The position numbers were made by a program, and so were the translations under genes. This document shows, piece by piece, positions 44,668 to 64,000 of a stretch of 64,000 nt of DNA. Origin of the DNA: the human T2T-CHM13v2.0 reference genome, Homo sapiens. Under the pieces are notes generated by a model. It searched no databases and had not been told where the DNA came from. It saw only the letters and a list, made by a program, of their open reading frames with translations. Within the stretch, counting starts at the first letter, position 1, and each line of letters starts with the position of its first letter. The DNA is taken from assembly GCF_009914755.1 (NCBI RefSeq), contig NC_060927.1, one strand, 5' to 3'.

Positions 44668-45121
44668 TGTTGGGAGCCAAAAAGGCCAAAGGGATTGTGA
44701 CCAGCTCAGCATTCCACTGGACGCTATATGATCAAACAGCAAACTGTTTATCATGAATGCAGGATGTGAGCAAACTCACACTGCACCTGCCACTGAAAGG
44801 TTTGCTGAGGGCCAACACTCCCTGGGGGCCGGGCTCCTTGAAGTTATCTACTGAAAAATCTAGCACCTATCGTACAAAGGATGCAGTCTTGCAAGCCTGC
44901 TGTGAACCAAATGGCCGACTGACAATTACCCAACAACCACCACCCCCTTTTCTCGTTATCTCTTTTACCAATAAATACGGAAGGCTGTGTAAAGCTCAGG
45001 GCCCTTGTCTACTAGAGGCAAGGTGTCCCTGACCCCTTCTTCCAAATATACTCTTATGTCTTTGTCTTTTATTTCCGCATTCCCCCTCTTTGTTCAGTCC
45101 ACCAGGTCCGTGCAGGCTACA
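44668..45121 (+). mobile_element. ERVK-class solo LTR (LTR3/HML-6-like)
   Basis: TG...CA termini, perfect 6-bp TSD AGGAAT (44662-44667 / 45122-45127); subfamily from memory. Confidence 0.85.
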
Positions 45122-45181
45122 AGGAATCCCATTCCCAGGAAGGGATCTCCCCCTCCAGGGGCAGAGCCTACTCCAATTTCA

Positions 45182-51486
<6,305 letters not shown>

Positions 51487-52921
51487 GATATGTTGTACTT
51501 CCTAAATCTGTGGAGTCACGTTCTATTTCCTGCCCTAGAAATTCTCAGCCATTTCCACCTCAAATATGGCCTCGCCTTCCTTCTCTCCATCTTTCACACT
51601 AATTAAATAAATATTAAACCTTCTCAGACTATCCTTCATATTCCATAACGTCTTTTTCATATTTAGTCATGTCATCACTCTGTGCTGAATTCTGGAGAAT
51701 GTCTTCAGATCTGGCTACCAAATCAATTGTCTCATTAGCTGTGTCTTACCTGTTGTTTCACCCATCCTTTGGGTAAGGATGGATCAAAGAAAGAATGAAT
51801 ATCTTTCACGTTCTTTGATATCTATTCCTTCAACTACAAAATAGATATTTTATTTTTAAAATTTCTATTTGTTCCTTTAAAAACATGTCTAATCATTTAA
51901 GAAATATACTGCTGTTTACTAATTTTTGTGATTCCACCTTTTATTTGTGCTAACATTACATACATAGTTTATAATCTAATAATTCTATATGCAAATATAA
52001 TTATAAAATTATATATATTTGCATTATAAAATTCTAAATATTTGCACGTATTTCTTTATGCAAGTTAAAGAAATTAATGCAAATTAAATAAATACATAGA
52101 AATATATCTTTATATACAAAGAAACTTGGGGACTGTAAATTTGTTGTTTGCCCTTACTGCTGACCTTCTTCCTCTCTCTCTCTCTCTTTCTGTCTCATTG
52201 TGACTCATTTCTTTGTGTGTGATGGTGATATTGGTTTTGACTTTATTGTTAAGAATATATTTGTATTTAAGCATAACATACATATAGAAAATTGCACGTA
52301 AGTATATAGTTTGAGAAATTTGCACAAGTGAATACACTTGCATAACTACCACCCCAGATAAAGATATAGAATAATTACTGGCACCTCAGATATCTGCCTC
52401 AAGCCCCCTTCCAGTCATTTCCCCCCAAAGGCAACCACTTCTAATTTTTAACATCTTAGAGTAGTTGTTCTGTTTTTGAACTTTATCGAGTGAGCTCATA
52501 CAGTATCTGCTTCTTTGTGTCTGGCTTCTTTCAATAAGCTCGTATGTGTTGAATTATGATCTATGAGAATCTTGGGTGGTTTACAGAGAACATCCTTCTT
52601 TGAACATGCTTGTAGTGAAGTCACACCAGCATCTGGCACTGCCATAGCTCATTTGAGGGTCCCGGCTAAACATGGAGCTTTCAGGTTCAGCTCCTCAAAG
52701 TTACAGCTGGCCAAGTTTAGTCTCCCAATATTGTTTATGGGTACGATATACACATTTGTTCTCAGGACAACACTGCATTTCACATTTATTTGTTGCTTAC
52801 TGCCCCCTACTCTTATTTTGATACATGTCAGCCCAACATATGAAAAAGTCTGTTTTATCCAGAATAGAGATGAGTTGAGAAGGCTGCATCTGGTCTACCA
52901 TATGCTGAGATACGATTTGGA

Positions 52922-53657
<736 letters not shown>

Positions 53658-54464
53658 TTAAACAAAATTGGGCCACTGTTGTTTAACCTTCTATGACTTC
53701 ACCAAACTGATATTTCGAAGTCTAAATTACTTCATCTTCTCCATAAACAGATTATAAAATGCTTTGTCCAAAGCCTACTACAGTCAAGATTCTGTATGCA
53801 ATTTCCTGCAACAGTCTCCAGGTCTATTTATGCTAGTAACTGTGAAATATTATTCCTTTGGTGTGATCATTCACAGGGAACCCAAATGAGCTCTTGTACT
53901 TAACCTCTTTTGTTTTAGTTTAATAATCAGGTGCAGAACTTTGCTAAAAATCAACACCATACCTCTTGGTCTCGAGATCTGTTTATCAGTCTTTCTCCTT
54001 TATTTGAAATGGGACTCTCACTCGTTAAAATCTTCTAGCATAATTTATCAAAGATCACTGAATATGTTTCTTAAGATCAGATCTAAATATCCTTTTAGTA
54101 TCTTGGGCAGTAATTTCTCTTGATCTGGTAATTTGAACTAATTTAAATTTTTGTGTGCTCTTTCTCCATCTTTTCTTCCTATCCTGAGCTCAGTTTCCCT
54201 CTTTGTGATATTTTCACCTGATCAAATCTTTTTCCATGATCAAGATGATGTAATATAGGAAACCGGTAGTTTGGCTTTCCCTCTGCCATCTGTTAACATT
54301 CCATATGCTCCGTTCCTTTTGCATTCATCATTTTTATCCTAATTTGGTTTTACATTAACCTTTTCCTGTCTTTAGCAGTGGAGTCCCAATCATTCTGGGT
54401 GTTAGTATCCCTCACCTCTTATTAAAGGTCCAGGTTAATCTTTTGGAAAATTTCCATCACCTTC

Positions 54465-55326
<862 letters not shown>

Positions 55327-55982
55327 TCTTCCCACTTCTTTTCAGGTGCTTGGCAAGCCTGAGCTTATCAGAGTGCTGCAGGTGCAGTGACACTGATCTC
55401 TCAAAGTCCTCCCTTTCCTTCCCATCCAGGACACTCTCTGGCCTAGTGCTATGCTCAACTGGCATTTTCAGTGAATGAATCAATATAGTAGGAATTACAG
55501 TCTTAGAACTTCCTGATTAGTGAGTCCTTTCTATGATTATATACTACATATGACATGTGTTGACATATGTTGACTTGTTGTCTTGTGATATGTTCTTATT
55601 ACTTAACTCTTGCACTGATGTTCTTTTTTTCAGGTGTATATAATTTAGACTGTTCTCCTTAAAGGAAGGGGTAAAATTGTATCTACCATAGCTTGGGTCC
55701 TATGCATAAGTAAATGCTTGTAAACATTTAATTCACAAATAAATGAATAAGCAATATTTTAAGGCATTTGGAAAGAAATATTTTTAGCCTAAAAAAGTTA
55801 TTACTTCATAAAATGCTCAGTACAAGCTTTTTAAGGTGAGATTTTGTTGTATTCTTCTTATTTAATTCCATTACTTGTCATGGCAGCAGGTGGCTGAATG
55901 GTTAGAATATAGATTTTGTGCTCAGACATACAAAACTTTGTTTGAATTCTGGCAGTATCGTTGACTAGCTGTGTGACCTTGG

Positions 55983-56773
55983 TGATATGGTTTGGATGCT
56001 TGTCCCCTCCAAATCTCATGTTGAAACGTGATTCCCAGTATGGGGGTGGGCCTAATGGGGGTGTTTGGGTCATGAAGGCAGGTCCCTCATGAATAGATTA
56101 ATGCCCTTTGGTAGGTAGGGGTGGTGGGTGAGTTCTCATTCTATTATTTCCCAGAAGAGCTGGTTGTTACTAAGAGTCTGGCAGGTGACTGGATCACAGG
56201 AGCAGACGCCTCATGAACGGCTTAGCATCATCCCCTTGGTGATGAGTGAGTTCTCAGTCTGGCAGTTCACATGTGATCTGATTGTTTAAAAGAGCGTGGC
56301 ACCTCCTTTCTTACTCTCTTTTGCCCTCACTGTCTCTTGCTCCTGCTCCCTCTTGCTCCCACTGTCTTGCCTGGTGACACACTGGCTCCCCTTTACCTTC
56401 CACTGTGATTGTAAGCTTCCTGAGGCCCTCATGAGAGGCAGATGCTGGCACTATGTACAGCCTGCAGAACTGTGAGCCAATTAAACCTCTTTCCTTAATA
56501 AATTACCCAGTCTTGGTTATTTCTTTACAGCAATGCAAAAACAGACTAAGAGGCCAACATGGGGAAATCTTGTCTCTACTAAAAATACAAAAATTAGCTG
56601 GGTGTGGTGGCAAATGCCTGTAATCCCAGCTACTCAGGAGGCTGAGGCAGGAGAATTGCTTGAACCTGGGGAAGTGGAAGTTGCAGTAAGCCGTGATCGT
56701 GCCGCTGCACTCCAGCCTGGGCGACAGAGTGAGTGAGACTCTCTCAAAACACACACACACACAGACTAAGATA
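55983..56773 (+). mobile_element. MST-type MaLR LTR with a 5'-truncated Alu inserted near its end
   Basis: TGATATGGTTTGGATG...CCTGCAGAACTGTGAGCCAATTAAACCTCTTT; TSD ACAGACTAAGA around the Alu. Confidence 0.8.
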
Positions 56774-59700
56774 TTTGGATAGGTGATTTAACACATTTGG
56801 GTAGATTTGAGGCTCAGAAACTCTCTGAGCCTCAAAATGTTCCTCATTTGTAAAATAGGGCTAATAACAGAGTGGTTGGGAGGAATCCATGAGATAATGC
56901 TTGTAAAGCACTGAGCACAAGGTGAGGAACACAGGAAAAGCTCAACACATGGTAGCTAATTAACATTTGCCTGTTCTGTGCTACTCATCATGCTTTTCCC
57001 TGGGGAGATGGAAGTGGAAAAGGAATTCACAACTCCGTGGAGTTGAGAGTTGCCTAAATAAATAAACATATCGTCATGTATAATGTGCTACAGGGGTGTG
57101 GACGATGGAAAAATTAATTTTGCCTGGATAGTCAGGTAAGGCTGCTGGGAGGCAGTGATACTGGAGTTCCAGATTGGGCAGAGGCCTCAGGGATTGGCTC
57201 AGAGTTGTCACACAGCAAATGCTTGGGGAATAGATGGTACGAATGACTCATAAGCTCAGGGGTGCTGCCCAGCTGGTGTCTGTGTACACATGGTATCTTG
57301 TGTTTTTTGCTTTTCTCCTGCACACATTTCCATGTGCTGACATGGCTTTTGTGTGATTCCCTCACAGCTTGTGTGTGATTCCCTGATTAAATAGCTTCTA
57401 ATATTTTATTATTATAAATAGACTCTAAGTCCTTGAGGGCAAGAAGTGTGTCTCTGTTCATCCAGACAGTACCTAGTATGTAGTAGGTTCTCAGTAATGT
57501 TTGCTACATAAATGAATGAGTGAACTCCTTTGACCGCTGGCCCTGCCATAAGCTGGCTGTGGGATCTTGAGTGAGTCCATTAACCCCTCTGTACCTCGGT
57601 GTGTCTGTAAAGTGGGTTAGTATAACTCACAGGTGAGCATATTTCACTATGTGTTGTGAGGACTAAGTGATTTGATGCCCTGCGGCTGAAGGTAGTAAGT
57701 GCGCATTAAATAATGGCATCCTTCAGCTCTGATAGCTGTGCTGCTGCATCCAGGAGACATGTACAGGCTTCATGGCAGAGTGAATCCTGGAGTGTTCTGC
57801 TGCAACTGCTGGCAGAGGAAAGGTTTCAAAACTCTTTCTTAATGCTAGGGTGAGACCTGTCCACTGATAAGGAGTTTCTATTTGGGATGACTAAAGGTGC
57901 CATCTGGAAAGTACCAGGCCCCTGGGACTGCTCCCTGGTCTCCCACCTAGGTGGGATTCCTCAGTGACAGCACTCAGGGGTATCACCGGCTCAGGGAGGG
58001 GCCGGAGGTGAGTTCCCTTATCTCCTCTTGCCTCCTTCACTGTAAAACTGGAGCTAATAAGGTTTCTCTCCTGTCAGCCATCCAGTGGAGATAAGTCACC
58101 CAGAATGTGACTCCCACATGGGGCTCAAAAAGGTGTTTCTAAATATAAAACTCTGAGGGAAAAAAACCCTCGGGATATAGAAATTCCAGGCCCTTGGAGA
58201 CGCCCAGGGTCACAGGCTGTGAGTTAAATAAAAAACCCACCAAACTGATGAACTACCCATTTTTAAGGTTTTGGAGAGGGAAAATTAAAAGACTAAGGAG
58301 CAATTGTTTTAAACTTTATACCAGGTGTATTGATGGCTTCTAGGCTGGGGCCTTCCAGGAAGTCATTCATCAATTTCATTGTCTATTTATTCACCCCCTG
58401 GACTCCTGTTTTGGTGAATGTTCCTGAGTCCAAGATGCTAATCCAATAGGTGGCCAGTAGTGACTGAAGGACATTTAATCCCCACATTTTGTGCTATCTC
58501 TGTGGACCTGCTCTGGGGATGTTGGTGGACTGCTGGCTTGGAAAGGTTCTGCTTCAGCCGTAAGGAGAGATAAAGCCAGAGAGGTGGGACTGAGCAACCC
58601 GCTGTTTGGTGAATAAATTGCCACTGAAACTCGGGGGCCATTCCCTGAAGTGAATCACATGCAGCCATTGAAGTCTAAGTGATAAGGCAGCCAACAATTT
58701 AAAGGAAAATGCTCCAGCCCAAGCCAGGGGGACTGTCCCAAACTCCGGATGAATTCCAGCTGCCCTGCAGAGCAGGGTTTACAGGCATGGGGATCACTAG
58801 TGGCTTCAGAGATGCCCCTTTGCCACTTCTCCGGGACTTCTTGACTGTGTCCTATTCTTAAAACCCAGGACCTGCACCACTCAGCCAGGCTCCACCAGCG
58901 TGGAGGCCTTGGCAGGCTGAGGCCCAAAGGCTGCCTTTGTGGGGGATTTAAACGGCCAAGAGAGTCTTGCTGAGCCCTGGCCCCTTGACGTCTGGAGTGG
59001 CAGGCCAAGCACTCAGTGCAGCAGGAAGATCTGGGTGCCACTAAGGCCCCTAACAGGTGTAGTAAATATCTGTTAAATGAACGAATACATGTTTTGATGA
59101 AAGAAGCCCACAGTGCAGTGTGAGCCCAAAGGGGTCTTACTGAAGGCTTCCTGGAGGAAGTGGCAGCTAAACTGAGACATGGAAAACACGGAAGAGTAGC
59201 CAGGCCAAGCTGGGGTTTAACTGTCCCTAAAAGAAAGAAACGACCATAGCAGGGGTTTAACCAGAGGTGGCCGAAGGCCTTTCCAGGTGCCCATTTCTCC
59301 CGTATAGCTTTGGAGTCAGACGATCCTCGGTTGGAATTCCCAGTTCAGTCCTTACAGTCTGACGTCCCGCACAACCCGACGCCGGCAACTGTCTCCAAAC
59401 ACCCGAGAGCCAGGGCGGGAGCATGAGCGCCTACGGTGTTCCTTGGGGTGGAGCCCTCGCAGTGTCCAGAGGATTTGGGGGCTCCTGCGCCCCCATTTCT
59501 CCCATTTCCTGGACTATCCAGGGCAAGCCCCTCACCTCCCTGAGCCTCGGTGTCTTCTGAGAAAAGAAGTCGACCCCAGTGCCTACCTCATAGGATTACG
59601 TGAGACAACCGATGTCAAGCAGTGTTGCTTTGCTGCCTGAGAACCCCTGCCTGTCCCTTTCTCTCTGATGCCCTTCGGGGCAGAGATCCAGAGATCCTGC

Positions 59701-59861
59701 CTGAGTCACTTTGGCGGGTTTAATGCCCAGCCGCGCCAGGCACACAGTAGGTGCTCAGTAAGTGAAACAGTGCCGGGAAGAATTCGGGCCGGGGATGTGG
59801 AACTGTGTGTGGCTCTGCGGGCTCAGAGGCCCTCCCCGCGCCCCGCCACCGTGTGCGTTCC

Positions 59862-59903
59862 GGGGCGGGGCGGGGCGGGGGCGGGGGCGGGGGCGGGGGC
59901 GGG
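59862..59903 (+). repeat. (GGGGC)3(GGGGGC)4GGG GC-box/G-tract array
   Basis: Direct inspection; eight G-tracts. Confidence 0.95.
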
Positions 59904-60199
59904 ACCGGGCGCTCGGGCTCCGCCCCCGGTACCTCTGTAGGCGATCCTGCTCTCGCCGTGGCTTTCGGGTGCTAGGAGACAGTTGCCGGCGTTGGGTTGT
60001 GCGAGACGCTAACTGTACCCTCCGGGTTTAACGCTGTGAGGCAGCGCGCGGAGGAACTGGGGATAAGCGCCCCGGAGCCCCCAAACAGAGCGCGGCCGCT
60101 GGGGGACAGCGCGCGGCGCCGGGTCGGGGCGGGGCGGCTTTTCTGTCGGAGGACGCGAACCGGCACGCTGCGCCTTTAAGGAGTCCAGCTGGGCTGGGC

Positions 60200-60315
60200 G
60201 CCGGAGCTGGGAGCGGCGCGGGTAGGAGCCCGGCGGCAGGTCCCAGCCCGGGGCTAGAGACCGAGGGCCGGGGTCCGGGCCCGGCGGCGGGACCCAGGCG
60301 GTTGAGGCTGGTCAG
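60200..60315 (+). other. ABHD6: Non-coding first exon (5'UTR), probably ABHD6; start approximate
   Basis: Strong donor CAG|GTGAGC at 60315/60316 inside the CpG island, downstream of the GC boxes. Confidence 0.7.
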
Positions 60316-62267
60316 GTGAGCGGAGGCGGGCGGGCGGGCGGTGGTGCGCTCCTAGGGGGATGGGGCGCCCTGATGGCCCCGTGACCTCTCCCCCAGTGTC
60401 TCCCTGCAGCGGCGCATCGAGTGGAAAGAGTCGGCGATCTGCACTTGCCTTTCCACTCCGCTCCCCGCGCGGGCGCTGCCCCCACCTCCCGCTGCCTGGA
60501 TAGGTTTGAGATGCCCGAAACCCGGCGCCCCATTTCCTGGGTCCAGCCAGCCTCTTGAAGCCGGGGGACAGAGTGAGGACGGGTCGGGACCTGCACCCTC
60601 TTTCTACTTCGCCTCCCCACCCCCTGCGCCCGCAGCAGCCCTTAGGCGCCCCTCGCAGTGCCGAGAGGATTTTGGGGTCCTGCAGCCCTGTTTCCCCCAT
60701 TTCCTGGAGAAGGACTGCAGCTCGCCCACCCAGATAGCATCTTGCTCCGTGTCACGCGCCGCCTCCGCGCCGTCCCCAAGATCTCGCTCCGCTACTCCCC
60801 TCCCCCAGCAGCCTTTCAGCTTCCCTTTCCCCAGCCTGCCCCGGCTCCCGTGCCCTTGCGCCCCTTCCGTGTCGAAACACTTGAATCAGGATGCTGTCCA
60901 GCCAGGTACCCGCCGGCAACTTGCGGTCCCCCGCCTACAGCGACACAGGTTTCACGGCTGCCTTAGAAATGCGGATTGTGTAACGCCGGCTGCAGGGCAG
61001 TGCACGTGCAGGGTTTGCGCCCCTGAGCCCACAGCGAGGCCAGGTGACAGAGTGAGGCATGGGGGAGTGGGGGAAGAGGAGGATGCCAGAGGGTCTAGAT
61101 ACTGTGCATGCAGAGAATATGTATTTTGAGCCCTTTGTATGCCCCAGGAGCTGGGTGGTTAGGAAGAGGAAATAAAGTGGGGGTCTTACTCCAGCTGGGA
61201 CCTGGAGGCCCTCATTTATCTCGCCGCCCCCCTCCCCGCTGCTCCCGCCTGCTCAGAAATCCCTAGTGGCTCCACCTGGCTAAGAGTTTAAAGTAGTTTA
61301 TAATGAATAATAGCTGACATAGAATAAGCAAATCTTGTGTGCCAGGCCCTGTCCTAAGCCCCTTAAAAGAATTACCTGCCATACTTTCCCCAACAGCCCC
61401 TTGAGGTAGGTACCACCGCTGTGCCCATTCCTGAGAGCAGGAATATGAGGCTTCCAGAGGTGGTACCTTCCCAAGACACGAAGTGAGTCTGGCCTCAGAA
61501 CCACCCCCTTCCCCCAACCGCCCCCCCAACCCGACCTCGAACCACTAGACTTTTTACCCAATTTCAACAAATTCTTATCAAGAACATTGTTATAATATAG
61601 GAAATTAGAAATAACAGAAATTAATCACCTGTGTTTCTAGCACTAATTTGTTTTTCTCAGACCAGCAAGGGCCTCTCAGCTTCTGGTAATAGTACCCACT
61701 TTAAAGGGTAGTGGCAATATTTAGATAAAATAATGCACAGGGCCCAGCATGTTTTAAGCACTCAGAAAGCAGCAGCTGTTATTATGAAGAGTGGTAGTTG
61801 ACCACTACCTTGAATTACTGGAAAAAAATAATTAATAAATGGCTCACACTGACTCTACAGAAATTAACCATTTTGTGTGCTCAGAAAGGCCTATGAGACT
61901 TTCTCTATTTTCATCTTTTTATTATTTTTATTATTTTGCCTTTTCGACACATTCTGTGGCTTTCGTCAACTCCAAATTATCCATTGTCTTTGTAGTTAGA
62001 GACAGAAGTGCCCTTCTGGTTTTTTTAGCTTTTAAAATGTGTGACCTTTGATTCTGTGAGCATCTGCAAACCTAGAGTAAAAGATGGGAATGCAGTTTGT
62101 GCAACTGGGAAGTAATTCTGAAACTTGATATGAGAAAAAAATTGTCCTTAGAGGTGATCCTGGTTTGCAGTATGCGTTGGGTGAGGTCTATCCTGGGGGC
62201 GAGAAGTTAGACTCAAAGATTATCTTTGGGTTTGGAGGGAAGAAAGGCAAGCATGAATGTTTTGTCT

Positions 62268-63600
<1,333 letters not shown>

Positions 63601-64000
63601 AAACTGGATATGATTTTCACAACATTAAAGTCCTTTCTGACCTTGCATGTAGTTGCCTCTTCCAAGAAGATCAAAGTATTCTCCTAAACCGGACCCTCAG
63701 AAACCCTCTGGATCCTATTTGACGCTTCCCAATCCTAGAGGCCACTTGGGGTGTTGCTGCCTGTGGCTGGATGGGTTTGGGGTCTGTCATGAGCTTCTGT
63801 GCGGCTCTCTGGTGCTGTACCAAGGAAACTGCTGATTCAGGGGAGCAGGACAGCACTCAGGAGGTGTGGGCAGAGGTTCTTACACTGCTGCAGGTTGGGA
63901 TCCTCTTCTTTTTAAGTAATATATTAACAGCAGCCTTTGCTCTTAGGCATTTTTCCAGAAGCTGTGGCTGTTTGGCTGTTGGCATTGGGTGTTTGCCTTG

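Larger units (their letters stand above)
59300..61020 (+). promoter_or_regulatory. ABHD6: CpG island promoter, probably of ABHD6
   Basis: Very high GC/CpG density, multiple GC boxes, TTTAAG at about 60175; gene identity inferred from known adjacency to DNASE1L3 (no coding exon in the window). Confidence 0.8.

Overview
Primate, almost certainly human, genomic DNA from the DNASE1L3-ABHD6 interval (3p14.3; locus identity recalled from the gene content). It holds the complete 8-exon DNASE1L3 coding sequence on the minus strand (33313 to 15103, 918 nt, 305 aa, all GT-AG junctions checked by hand) and a CpG-island promoter with a non-coding first exon that is probably ABHD6 (+, about 60.2 kb). The rest is dense in Alu, L1, MaLR/ERV LTRs and DNA transposons, including a full-length Tigger1 and two solo LTRs with intact target-site duplications. 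The most notable unexplained signal is at 0.1-7 kb. It is a spliced + strand gene remnant with a CpG-island/X-box promoter, a non-coding exon, and two coding exons (2337-2980 and 6331-6449). These join in frame and encode a paralog of the sperm/ciliary microtubule inner protein SPMIP1 (ATP6V1FNB). It appears disabled by only about two lesions: a lost start or 1-nt frameshift near 2461, and a TAG at 2959 where Trp is expected. Repeat family names come from memory of consensus sequences, and most repeat boundaries are approximate.
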